From the NCBI GenBank assembly GCA_036405115.1, contig DASWYE010000055.1, positions 1-58,824 on the forward strand: 58,824 nt of DNA, in the 5' to 3' direction. Source of the stretch: Telluria sp. Its GTDB lineage: Bacteria; Pseudomonadota; Gammaproteobacteria; Burkholderiales; Burkholderiaceae_D. Position numbers and translations under genes: made by a program. This document shows positions 38,773 through 47,743 of this stretch, in pieces (the stretch's first letter is position 1; each line of letters starts with the position of its first letter). The notes beneath the pieces were generated by a model that worked only from the letters and a program-made list of their open reading frames with translations, was not told the origin of the DNA and made no database searches.

Positions 38773-39177
38773 ATGAACTTCACCAAGCTGATTGAAGAAG
38801 CACGCGCCGCGCGTGAGCAGGCCTACGTGCCGTACTCGAACTTCAAAGTGGGTGCGGCGCTGGAGTGCAGGGACGGTCGCATCTTCCGCGGCTGTAACGT
38901 GGAGAATGCGAGCTACGGCCTGTGCAACTGCGCCGAGCGCACCGCGTTCTTCTCCGCGATCGCCAGTGGCTACAAGCCGGGCGACTTCACCGCTCTGGCG
39001 GTGATCGGCGAGACCGACGGCCCGATCGCGCCATGCGGCGCCTGCCGCCAGGTGACCCTGGAACTGGGTGGCAACGACCTGCCGGTCGTGCTGGCGAACC
39101 TGAAGGGCGACACGCTGGAGACGACTGCTGCCGAGCAGCTCCCTAACGCCTTCGGCGGTTGGGACCTCAAAAAGTAA
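38773..39177 (+). CDS. cdd: Cytidine deaminase (homotetrameric type)
   Basis: AYVPYSNFKVGAA, GCNVENASYG, CAERTA and PCGACRQ. Confidence 0.96.
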   Translation: MNFTKLIEEARAAREQAYVPYSNFKVGAALECRDGRIFRGCNVENASYGLCNCAERTAFFSAIASGYKPGDFTALAVIGETDGPIAPCGACRQVTLELGGNDLPVVLANLKGDTLETTAAEQLPNAFGGWDLKK

Positions 39178-39184
39178 GCTAACC

Positions 39185-39290
39185 CGTCATCCCCGCGCAC
39201 GCGGGGACCCATGCTGAGGATCACGATCGGGTGAGGTGAAAGTACCTTGCTGCGATTTCAGTAGGGGTCCCCGCGTGCGCGGGGATGACG
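39185..39290. repeat. CGTC-type REP inverted dimer between convergent genes
   Basis: CGTCATCCCCGCGCACGCGGGGACCCATGCTGA...TCAGTAGGGGTCCCCGCGTGCGCGGGGATGACG. Confidence 0.92.
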
Positions 39291-39298
39291 GTGGTACT

Positions 39299-39685
39299 TC
39301 AGGCGGCGTGGGTATCGGCCTGCATCATGCCGAATACATTTCCGTCCGGGTCCTTCACATACGCGAGCCAGCCCACGCCCGGCACCGCCATCTTGGGCAC
39401 CGCAATCGTCGCGCCGCTCGTCGTAGCCCGCTCCAGCAGCCCATCGATGTTTTCCACATCGACCGTCACCACAAACGCATTCATCGCCGCCATCTCCTGC
39501 GGCACATCCCCGCGCCGCGGCAGCAGTCCACCATGGATGCCCGGCTCGTCGTCCGGCCCCGTATTGATCAGCCAGTACTCGGCGCCATCCCACTTGTTGA
39601 ACATCCACCCGAACATGTGAGCATAGAAGTCGATCAGCTTCTGCGGGTCGGATGCCTGGATTTCAAAGTGAACGGGACGCGCCAT
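39299..39685 (-). CDS. VOC-family protein
   Basis: PVHFEI, FYAHMFGW, GIHGG and PKMAVPGVGWLAYVKDPDGN; GGAG RBS. Confidence 0.9.
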   Translation of the reverse strand: MARPVHFEIQASDPQKLIDFYAHMFGWMFNKWDGAEYWLINTGPDDEPGIHGGLLPRRGDVPQEMAAMNAFVVTVDVENIDGLLERATTSGATIAVPKMAVPGVGWLAYVKDPDGNVFGMMQADTHAA

Positions 39686-39694
39686 GCCAGCTCC

Positions 39695-40132
39695 TTACTC
39701 AGTTGTTTGCCAAGGATCGTATTCGCCGATGCTCCACACATGCCCTTCGAGATCGCGGCAGGTAAAGCCGCGCATGCCCGGTTCGGCGTCCACCATATCG
39801 AGCACGATTTCCGCGTTTGCACGCTTGACGCGCCGATATACCGCGTCTGCATCGCGAACGGTCAGGCAGGTGGTCTGGGTTTGCATGCCGCCGATCTGGT
39901 CCGGCATCGTGATCAGCTTTCCGAAGTGGTCCTGCACGGAGGCCGATGCCAGCATGATCATGCCGTTGCCGAAGGTGAGCTGCGCGTGCAGCACATCCCC
40001 ATAAGGCCCCGGCAGCACAAGCCGCTTTTCGAAGCCGAATACCTCGCACAGCCACTCGATGGCGCGAGGCGCATCACGGTAGCGCAGGCACGGGGTGACG
40101 GTTGACGTGGTGTCCTTTGCCGTTTGCGGCAT
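39695..40132 (-). CDS. VOC/glyoxalase-bleomycin-resistance family protein
   Basis: PCLRYRDAPRAIEWLCEVFGF, HAQLTFGNGMIM and RDLEGHVWSIG; GGAG lies 6 nt before ATG 40132. Confidence 0.88.
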   Translation of the reverse strand: MPQTAKDTTSTVTPCLRYRDAPRAIEWLCEVFGFEKRLVLPGPYGDVLHAQLTFGNGMIMLASASVQDHFGKLITMPDQIGGMQTQTTCLTVRDADAVYRRVKRANAEIVLDMVDAEPGMRGFTCRDLEGHVWSIGEYDPWQTTE

Positions 40133-40301
40133 CACATACTCCATAAACTCGAATGGACTTAATGTTAGCCGATTCCAGCCCAGCTATAGAAGTTGGTTTG
40201 TCGTCGTTGCCTATCCGAAACGCCACCCACTCAGTTCAAGCGCTCGACATCACTGATGATGGAGTAAAAGCCAGCGAGGTTCCCGGGGCTGACCATACAG
40301 C

Positions 40302-41108
40302 TTATTGTTTTACGGTGGGGTACCGCGCTTCAATAGCGAGTTCAATTTTCTCGCTCAAGCGTTGCAAATATCCCGTTCCCTCCCTTGCATCAATGGCTTC
40401 GACGGTCGCGTTGTTGAAGCCAGTAACGTATGCAATCCGCTCTTCGCTGTAGACATCTCCGGCAAACATCAACTCGATTCCGTGCTTCTCGTATTCCCGG
40501 ACTCGCATCATGTCGCGTTCACCCGGGGGAGGGCTGAAAATGAAAAGCGCTGGCGTCCGATTGGCAACGCAGAGCCGGGCACGGGCCGGTCCGTCCGTTA
40601 CGGCAAAAACAAGATCCCCGCAGGAAGGGCGTGACAGCGCTTCGTTAAACTCGGTTTTCTCGATGCACTTGTTGATCGCCTGCCTGCTGTCTGACGCGAG
40701 GGTCCAGCAATCAGCTGCAGCGGGAAGTTTGCGTGCGCCGTGCGCGCCTCGCCGCAAGGCGTTCGCCAATATCCGCATCGAAGGCGCACGCCCTGCCACC
40801 GCTGCGATGTAGATGTGGCGAATCCCCGATTCCTGGTTGCGCGTCGCCGGTTTGAGGGATTTGGCGTGTGGACCTAGCAGGAGTGTTCCGAGCTTTTCAT
40901 GATACTCAGCGCCACCGCCAAATGCCGCCTGGCTCCAGTATTTATATGCCTGATCATAATGGCCTGCCCTAAACGCGGTATCGCCCTGGACACCCAGTTT
41001 GCTTAGCCAAGAGTCGGCCCTGGCTCCGCACGTAGCGGCCAACAGAAGGGATACAGCGAATAGGGTTTTTGCCACAACGATGTGTGTGATTGCCGAAGTC
41101 TTCTTCAT
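40302..41108 (-). CDS. Hypothetical exported protein, possibly Sel1/TPR-like, with atypical composition
   Basis: 268-aa ORF with an N-terminal signal-like segment and helical-repeat-like motifs (YDQAYKYWSQAAFGG; LANALRRG). Visibly lower GC than its flanks. Confidence 0.6.
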   Translation of the reverse strand: MKKTSAITHIVVAKTLFAVSLLLAATCGARADSWLSKLGVQGDTAFRAGHYDQAYKYWSQAAFGGGAEYHEKLGTLLLGPHAKSLKPATRNQESGIRHIYIAAVAGRAPSMRILANALRRGAHGARKLPAAADCWTLASDSRQAINKCIEKTEFNEALSRPSCGDLVFAVTDGPARARLCVANRTPALFIFSPPPGERDMMRVREYEKHGIELMFAGDVYSEERIAYVTGFNNATVEAIDAREGTGYLQRLSEKIELAIEARYPTVKQ

Positions 41109-41191
41109 GTCCCTTCCAATGCTAATCGCTCAAGCGGAGATGCACCACCTTGCAGCATTTCGCTCACCGCTCATGTTAGCGAAGATCGGTT

Positions 41192-41959
41192 TCACATCTG
41201 CTGGAAGAGGTGGGAATGGCCGCGGCTCACCTCCAGCTGCTGCGGATAGCCGCGCACGGAGAGCATCTGGCGTCCGCGCGAATCGCGCGTCACTTCGGCG
41301 ATGGCATCGACGCGCACCAGCGTGGAGCGGTGGATGCGCCAGAATTCGTCCGGATCCAGTTCGTCGGACAGTTCCTTGAGCGTCTTGCGGATCAGGAGCT
41401 GCGCGTTCGCGGTCTGGACGCAGGTGTATTTTTCGTCGGCCTGGAAGAACAGGATCTCGCGCGTGCTGATCATGCGCAGGCTGTTGCCGACCTGCGCCTG
41501 GATCCACTTGAGGTAGGGCCGTTTGGGCTGATCCGATGCGGCTCCGTCGCGCAGCAGCCTGGTGAGTTCGCCCAGTTGTGCGCCGATGTCGCTTGGCGCC
41601 GACGTGAGGCGCTGCTTCAGCCGTTCGCGCGTCATCGCCAGCCGCTCGGCCGTCACCGGCTTGAGCAGGTAGTCCATCGCGCCCTGTTCGAACGCGTCGA
41701 TCGCGTACTGGTCGTAGGCGGTGACGAACACGATGTGCGACGGGTGGTACAGCTGGCGTGCGCACTCGATGCCGTTCTGGCCCGGCATGCGGATGTCCAG
41801 GAAAATGATGTCCGGTTTGTGCTCGTGCGCCAGCGTGATTGCCTCGATGCCGTTGGCCGCTTCGTCCACGATCTGCAGGTCCGGCCACACTTCGGCAAGG
41901 CGCGCGCGCAGCTGGTCGCGCATCGGGGCTTCATCGTCGACGATCAGGGCTGTGGTCAT
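41192..41959 (-). CDS. LytTR-family response regulator
   Basis: Receiver motifs IVDDE, FLDIRMP, FVTAYD and DYLLKP; LytTR motifs ADEKY, FWRIHRS and VSR. Confidence 0.95.
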   Translation of the reverse strand: MTTALIVDDEAPMRDQLRARLAEVWPDLQIVDEAANGIEAITLAHEHKPDIIFLDIRMPGQNGIECARQLYHPSHIVFVTAYDQYAIDAFEQGAMDYLLKPVTAERLAMTRERLKQRLTSAPSDIGAQLGELTRLLRDGAASDQPKRPYLKWIQAQVGNSLRMISTREILFFQADEKYTCVQTANAQLLIRKTLKELSDELDPDEFWRIHRSTLVRVDAIAEVTRDSRGRQMLSVRGYPQQLEVSRGHSHLFQQM

Positions 41960-42858
41960 GCACGTTTCTCCATTGGTCCGAACGGTACGCGGATCGACGC
42001 GTAGGCACCGCCCGCGAGCGGGGCTTCGATCACCAGTTGCGCGGCGTCGCCGAACAACAGCTTCAGGCGCTCGCGGATGTTGGCCAGGCCAACTCCCTCG
42101 TCCGAGTGCAGGTTGAAGCCAACGCCATTATCCTGTACATCGACCCACAGCTGGCGGTCGACCACGCGGGCGGTCACTTCAATGTGGCCGCCTTCGATCT
42201 TAGGTTCCAGGCCGTGCTTGATCGCGTTTTCGATCAGCGTCAGCAGCATCATTGGAGGGAACGGTGCGGTCTCCAGGTGCGCGGGTACGTCGAAGGTGAC
42301 CGCCAGCCGCTCCTTCATCCGCGCCTGCATGATGGCGAGGTAGGCGCGCGACAGCTCCACCTGCTTGCCCAGCGTGCCTCCGCCGGCTGCGCGCATCTGC
42401 GGCAGCGTCGCACGCAGGTATTCGATCAGGTGCTGATGAATGCGGGCAGCCTGCTGCGGATCCGTTTCGATCAGCTGTCCGATCAGCGCGAGCGTGTTGA
42501 ACAGGAAGTGCGGCTCGACCTGCGCCTGCAGGGTGGCCATCTGTGCTTCCACCAGGCGCCGTTCAAGGTTGGCCACATCGGCCTTCTCGACGGCGTCCTT
42601 GGCCACCAGCTCGGCACGGCGCTTGCCCCCGGCAACCACCTTGAGGCCGGCCGTGATCAGGATGAACATCATCGCCGGCTCGACCATCTGCACCATCACG
42701 CCGAACGCAAACACGAGGAACCAGGTGATGTAGAGCTGGCGCCACTCCGCGATGGCCAGCCAGTCGAAGAAGCGCCACCACAGCACCGACAGTTCGGTCA
42801 TGGCCTCGTGCAGGAAATCCTTCACGTCCTGCACTCCGCCTTTTTTGCTGATGCTCAT
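41956..42858 (-). CDS. LytS-type sensor histidine kinase with a minimal 2-TM input region
   Basis: LQAQVEPHFLFNTL, LIENAIKHG, DNGVG and GVGLANIRERL; ATGA overlap with the regulator. Confidence 0.93.
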   Translation of the reverse strand: MSISKKGGVQDVKDFLHEAMTELSVLWWRFFDWLAIAEWRQLYITWFLVFAFGVMVQMVEPAMMFILITAGLKVVAGGKRRAELVAKDAVEKADVANLERRLVEAQMATLQAQVEPHFLFNTLALIGQLIETDPQQAARIHQHLIEYLRATLPQMRAAGGGTLGKQVELSRAYLAIMQARMKERLAVTFDVPAHLETAPFPPMMLLTLIENAIKHGLEPKIEGGHIEVTARVVDRQLWVDVQDNGVGFNLHSDEGVGLANIRERLKLLFGDAAQLVIEAPLAGGAYASIRVPFGPMEKRA

Positions 42859-43125
42859 TTACTGCCCTTCCGGTGCCTGTGGTGGAGGGAGGTGGCGCGG
42901 TTTGGCGAACGCCGCCACCATCACTTTAATCAGCAGGAAGACCAGGAAGACGAAGATGGCGAGCGGGAGCAGGGTCAGGACCAGCGCCACACCGAGCGCC
43001 ACGGCCAGCAGGGCCGGCCAGGACATGCCGGCGATCGCGCGTGCCACCTGGCGCACGGTCTCTTCCAGCGATTTGAAGAAATCGTTGATCGATTGGGTAA
43101 AGCTTTTTGGGGTGATGTCTTTCAT
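42859..43125 (-). CDS. Small membrane protein, first gene of the LytS/LytTR operon
   Basis: 88 aa from the GGAG-preceded ATG 43125, with a long hydrophobic hairpin; its stop abuts the kinase ATG. Confidence 0.7.
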   Translation of the reverse strand: MKDITPKSFTQSINDFFKSLEETVRQVARAIAGMSWPALLAVALGVALVLTLLPLAIFVFLVFLLIKVMVAAFAKPRHLPPPQAPEGQ

Positions 43126-43198
43126 TTCTTTCTCCATTCGGCACTGTGCCGATGGAAGCAATGTACCGCGGACTTGCTGCCCATCTCCATAGCGGACC

Positions 43199-43249
43199 GA
43201 CGAACTGCAGGGCGGCGGGGATGAGTGGTAGCTGGTGCGTGCCGGACGG
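43199..43249 (-). promoter_or_regulatory. Three LytTR-type 9-bp direct repeats with a 21-bp period
   Basis: Plus-strand GACGAACTG (43199), GATGAGTGG (43220) and GCCGGACGG (43241). On the minus strand they resemble the AlgR site CCGTTCGTC. Confidence 0.65.
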
Positions 43250-43422
43250 GAGAACGTTTTTTTGATTCCCCGCCTCGCTCCTGTGCGCCGCGTCAAAATG
43301 TGCTCTTTTTGCAACCTGTACGGTTGGCATTCCGTCTAAAACCGGAAGATGTGCCATAGTAATACCGCGGAATATCATGCGGGACATATTTCTTATTGTT
43401 TAGCTGTCTATTGGAGAAGTGC

Positions 43423-44739
43423 ATGAACGAATCCAGACCAGCGTCGATGGCCTCCTTCTGGATGCCATTTACCAATAACCGCGATTTCAAGACCAATCCC
43501 CGTCTGCTCGTCTCGGCCGAAGGGATGTACTACACGGATGTGGACGGCAACAAGGTGCTGGACGGCACCGCCGGCCTCTGGTGCGTGCCCTGCGGCCACG
43601 CGCAGCCGAAGATCGTCAGCGCCGTGCGCGAGATGGTCGGCCAGCTCGACTTCGCGCCGACCTTCCAGATGGGCCATCCGGCCGCGTTCGACCTTGCAGA
43701 ACAGCTGATGGAATACACGGGCCACAAGTTCGGCCACGTCTTCTATACCAATTCCGGCTCCGAAGCCGTCGATACCGCGCTCAAGATTGCGCTGGCCTAC
43801 CACCGCGCGCGCGGCGAGGGCAGTCGCACCCGCCTGATCGGACGCGAGCGCGGCTACCACGGCGTGGGCTTCGGCGGCATCTCCGTCGGTGGCATCGGCG
43901 CCAATCGCAAACCATATGGACCGCTGCTGCCGGGCGTGGACCACCTGCCGCACACCCACTGCCCGGCGGAGAATGCGTTCTGCCGTGACGAGCCGGAATA
44001 CGGCGCCCACCTCGCCGATGAACTGGAGCGGATCGTCGCGCTGCATGATGCATCCACCATCGCCGCAGTGATCGTGGAGCCGGTGGCCGGATCGACCGGA
44101 GTCCTGATCCCGCCGAAAGGTTATCTCAAGCGCTTGCGCGAGCTGTGCACCAAGCACGGCATCCTGCTGATCTTCGATGAAGTGATCACCGGCTTCGGGC
44201 GCCTGACCACGCCGTTCGCGGTCGATTATTTCGACGTGCAGCCTGACATGCTCACCTGCGCCAAGGGCCTGACCAATGGTGTCGTGCCGATGGGCGCGGT
44301 ATTCTCCAAAAAGCACATCCATGACGCGTTCATGGAAGCGCCGCAGGGGATCGAACTGTTCCACGGCTATACCTATTCCGGCCACCCGATCGCATGCGCG
44401 GCATCGCTGGCCACGCTGGAGGTGTTCCGCGAGCAGGACGTGCTGGCGAACGCGAAGCGCCTGGCCGGCTACTGGGCCGATGCCGCGCATTCGCTCAAGG
44501 GACTGCCACACGTGATCGACATCCGCACGCTGGGACTGATCGCAGGCATCGAGCTGCAGCCGATCGACGGCAAGCCGGGTGCACGGGCCTTCGCCGCTTT
44601 CAAGAAGGCGTTCGCGGACGGGCTCCTGATCCGCGTCACCGGCGACATCATCGCGCTCTCGCCGCCGCTGGTGCTGGAGAAGAAACACATCGACGAGTTG
44701 TTCGGCAAGCTCGCCACCATCCTCAAGAACCTGGATTGA
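43423..44739 (+). CDS. Beta-alanine (omega-amino acid)--pyruvate aminotransferase
   Basis: [42 protein letters not shown] and HGYTYSGHP; heads the pyrimidine-degradation operon. Confidence 0.92.
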   Translation: MNESRPASMASFWMPFTNNRDFKTNPRLLVSAEGMYYTDVDGNKVLDGTAGLWCVPCGHAQPKIVSAVREMVGQLDFAPTFQMGHPAAFDLAEQLMEYTGHKFGHVFYTNSGSEAVDTALKIALAYHRARGEGSRTRLIGRERGYHGVGFGGISVGGIGANRKPYGPLLPGVDHLPHTHCPAENAFCRDEPEYGAHLADELERIVALHDASTIAAVIVEPVAGSTGVLIPPKGYLKRLRELCTKHGILLIFDEVITGFGRLTTPFAVDYFDVQPDMLTCAKGLTNGVVPMGAVFSKKHIHDAFMEAPQGIELFHGYTYSGHPIACAASLATLEVFREQDVLANAKRLAGYWADAAHSLKGLPHVIDIRTLGLIAGIELQPIDGKPGARAFAAFKKAFADGLLIRVTGDIIALSPPLVLEKKHIDELFGKLATILKNLD

Positions 44740-44741
44740 CC

Positions 44742-46244
44742 ATGCGCGAGCTCGATACGATCAGCCATTTCATCAACGGTGCGAAGGCGACGCCGCACGG
44801 CGAACGCTTCGGCGATGTGTTCAATCCGGCACGGGGCGAGCCGGTTGCGCGCGTGGCGATGGCGACGCAGGAGGAGGTGGATGCCGCGGTGGCCGCTGCC
44901 GCCGCCGCGTTCCGGGCCTGGGCCAACATGGCGCCGCTGGCGCGTGCGCGCGTGCTCTTCAAGTACCTGGAGCTGTGCCACCAGCACGTCGACGAATTCG
45001 CCACCATGCTCACGCGCGAACACGGCAAGACCCTGTCCGACGCCAAGGGCGAGGTCGCACGCGGCATCGAGATGGTGGAGTTCGCGGTCGGCATCCCGCA
45101 GATGCTCAAGGGCGAGTACACCGACCAGATCGCGCGCGGAATCGATGCGTGGTCGATGCGCCAGCCGCTCGGCGTGGTGGCCGGCATCACTCCATTCAAC
45201 TTCCCGGTGATGGTGCCGATGTGGATGTTCCCCATCGCGATCGCGTGCGGAAATACCTTCGTGCTCAAGCCTTCCGAACGCGATCCGTCGGCATCGCTGC
45301 TGCACGCGCAGCTGCTCAAGCAGGCCGGCCTGCCGGATGGCGTGTTCAATGTGGTCCAGGGCGACAAGCTGGCGGTGGATGCGCTACTCGACCATCCGGA
45401 CGTGCAGGCGATCAGCTTCGTAGGATCGACGCCGATCGCTGAATACATCTACGCGCGCGGCAGCGCTTCCGGCAAGCGGGTGCAGGCGCTGGGCGGCGCC
45501 AAGAACCACATGGTGGTGATGCCGGATGCGGACATGGAAATGGCGGTGGACGCCCTGATCGGCGCTGCCTACGGCTCCGCGGGCGAGCGCTGCATGGCAA
45601 TTTCGGTGGCGGTGGCGGTGGGCGACGCCGCCGACCAGCTGATTCCGCAGCTGGCGCGGCGTACCGAAGCGCTCAAGATCCGCGACGGCATGGACGGCGA
45701 GGCCGAGATGGGTCCGGTGATCACGCGCGCCGCCAAAGAGCGCATCGAAAAGCTGATCGGGCATGGCGTGGAGCAGGGCGCGACGCTGGTGGTGGACGGG
45801 CGCGGCTACCGCGTCCCGGGTCGCGAGGAAGGCTTCTTCGTCGGCGGCACGTTGTTCGACCACGTCACGCCAGACATGGCGATCTACAAGGAAGAGATCT
45901 TCGGCCCGGTCCTGTGCGTGGTGCGGGCGCCGGATGCTGCCGCTGCGGTCAACCTGATCAACGCGAACGAGTATGGCAACGGCGTGGCAATCTTCACGCG
46001 CGATGGCGGCGTGGCGCGCGAGTTCGTGCGCCAGATCCAGGTGGGCATGGTGGGCGTGAACGTGCCATTGCCGGTACCGATGGCGTTCAGCAGTTTTGGC
46101 GGATGGAAGCGCAGCCTGTTTGGCGACCATCACGCCTACGGTCCGGAGGGCGTGCGCTTCTACACGCGGCACAAGGCCGTGATGCAGCGCTGGCCGAACA
46201 CCGCCAGCGCCGGCGCGCAGTTTGCGTTCCCCACCATGAAGTAG
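44742..46244 (+). CDS. mmsA: CoA-acylating (methyl)malonate-semialdehyde dehydrogenase
   Basis: [31 protein letters not shown] and GVNVPLPVP; start ATG 44742. Confidence 0.94.
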   Translation: MRELDTISHFINGAKATPHGERFGDVFNPARGEPVARVAMATQEEVDAAVAAAAAAFRAWANMAPLARARVLFKYLELCHQHVDEFATMLTREHGKTLSDAKGEVARGIEMVEFAVGIPQMLKGEYTDQIARGIDAWSMRQPLGVVAGITPFNFPVMVPMWMFPIAIACGNTFVLKPSERDPSASLLHAQLLKQAGLPDGVFNVVQGDKLAVDALLDHPDVQAISFVGSTPIAEYIYARGSASGKRVQALGGAKNHMVVMPDADMEMAVDALIGAAYGSAGERCMAISVAVAVGDAADQLIPQLARRTEALKIRDGMDGEAEMGPVITRAAKERIEKLIGHGVEQGATLVVDGRGYRVPGREEGFFVGGTLFDHVTPDMAIYKEEIFGPVLCVVRAPDAAAAVNLINANEYGNGVAIFTRDGGVAREFVRQIQVGMVGVNVPLPVPMAFSSFGGWKRSLFGDHHAYGPEGVRFYTRHKAVMQRWPNTASAGAQFAFPTMK

Positions 46245-46252
46245 CGACACCC

Positions 46253-46336
46253 CGTCATCCCCGCGAAGGCGGGGACCCATGCTGAGCAAGCGCTTCGGCA
46301 GCTTAGCATGGGCCCCAGCCTTTGCCGGGGGCGACG
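46253..46336. repeat. CGTC-type REP inverted dimer (right arm degenerate)
   Basis: CGTCATCCCCGCGAAGGCGGGGACCCATGCTGA...TTAGCATGGGCCCCAGCCTTTGCCGGGGGCGACG. Confidence 0.88.
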
Positions 46337-46374
46337 GCATGCATCACCAATCCCATCTCAAGGAAGGGTTTGCA

Positions 46375-47742
46375 ATGATCGACTCGCTAAAGCACCTGCC
46401 GACTCCCACCGCATCCCACGCGGACCTGGCCCTCAACTTTACCGACCTCGCTCCGCCGCTGACTGCGCGCCAGGCCGCCATCGAAAGCGCCCGCTGCCTG
46501 TACTGCTACGACGCGCCGTGCATGCGCATCTGCCCGACCGAGATCGACGTCGCAAGCTTCATCCGCAACATCCACGACGGTAACGTGGACGGAGCCGCGG
46601 TGGGCATCCTCAAGCAGAACATCTTCGGCGGCGCCTGTGCCCGCGTATGCCCGACCGAGATCCTGTGCGAGAGCGCCTGCGTGCGCAACCACGACGCAGA
46701 AGGCCAGCCGGTAAAGATCGGCCTGCTGCAGCGCTTCGCGCTCGATCATGCGGCGCTGAAGGAGCATCCGTTCACACGCGCGCCTTCCAACGGCAAGCGC
46801 GTGGCTGTGGTGGGCGCCGGTCCTGCCGGCCTGTCCTGCGCGCACCGCCTGTCGATGCTGGGCTACGACGTGGTCGTGTACGAGGCGAGGGAAAAGTCCG
46901 GTGGCCTGAATGAGTATGGCATCGCCAAATACAAGCTCACCGATAACTTCGCCCAGCGTGAGGTGGATTTTGTACTCGGCATTGGCGGCATCGAGGTGCA
47001 GCACGGCCGCGTATTGGGTGCCAACCTGCACCTGGCCGACCTGCACGCGCAGTTCGACGCGGTCTTCCTCGGAATCGGCCTGTCCGCGAGCCGTGCGCTC
47101 GGCCTGACGGGCGAGGACGCTCCCGGCCTGGCCGCCGCGGTGGAATACATCGCGGCCCTGCGCCAGGCCGGCGACCTGTCCGCGTTGCCGGTGCCACGCC
47201 GCGCCATCGTGATCGGCGCCGGCAATACCGCCATCGACATTGCCGTGCAATTGCGGCGACTTGGGTCGGAGGAGGTCACGCTGGTGTACCGGCGCGGATT
47301 CGAATCCATGAGCGCCACGCTGCACGAGCAGGAAATCGCAAAGGCAAACCAGGTGCGCATGCTCGTGTGGGCCGCGCCCGGCGAAGTGCTGCTGGACGCG
47401 GCGGGCCGCGTGCGCGGCATGCGCTTCGAGCGCACCCGGCAGGCGGACAACCTGGTCGTCGGCACCGGCGAATTCGTCGAGATCGCGGCGGACGCCGTGT
47501 TCAAGGCCATCGGGCAGAAGATGGACACCGCCAGCCTGTCGGACCCGATGGCGCGCCAGATCGAAAACCGCGGCGACAAGATCAACGTGGACGCCTTCTT
47601 CCGGACCTCCGTGCCGGGCATCTATGCCGGTGGTGACTGCATCGCACCGGGACAGGACCTGACGGTGCAGGCGGTGCAGCAGGGCAAGCTGGCTGCACTC
47701 GCCATCCACCACGACATCCAATCGAAACTGGAGGCTGCATAA
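46375..47742 (+). CDS. preT: Dihydropyrimidine dehydrogenase FAD/Fe-S subunit
   Basis: RCLYCYDAPC...CP, CARVCPTEILCESAC, VVGAGPAG, IGAGNTAID and YAGGDC; lies upstream of preA. Confidence 0.92.
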   Translation: MIDSLKHLPTPTASHADLALNFTDLAPPLTARQAAIESARCLYCYDAPCMRICPTEIDVASFIRNIHDGNVDGAAVGILKQNIFGGACARVCPTEILCESACVRNHDAEGQPVKIGLLQRFALDHAALKEHPFTRAPSNGKRVAVVGAGPAGLSCAHRLSMLGYDVVVYEAREKSGGLNEYGIAKYKLTDNFAQREVDFVLGIGGIEVQHGRVLGANLHLADLHAQFDAVFLGIGLSASRALGLTGEDAPGLAAAVEYIAALRQAGDLSALPVPRRAIVIGAGNTAIDIAVQLRRLGSEEVTLVYRRGFESMSATLHEQEIAKANQVRMLVWAAPGEVLLDAAGRVRGMRFERTRQADNLVVGTGEFVEIAADAVFKAIGQKMDTASLSDPMARQIENRGDKINVDAFFRTSVPGIYAGGDCIAPGQDLTVQAVQQGKLAALAIHHDIQSKLEAA

Positions 47743-47743
47743 C

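Noticed and set aside
40223-40249. TGTCGA on the minus strand upstream of the VOC gene pair as a second ECF42 promoter
   Set aside because: No CGTC/CGAC -10 element at 16-17 bp spacing.
43324-43340. Possible sigma-54 promoter upstream of the pyrimidine operon (TTGGCATT...)
   Set aside because: There is no GC at the -12 position.
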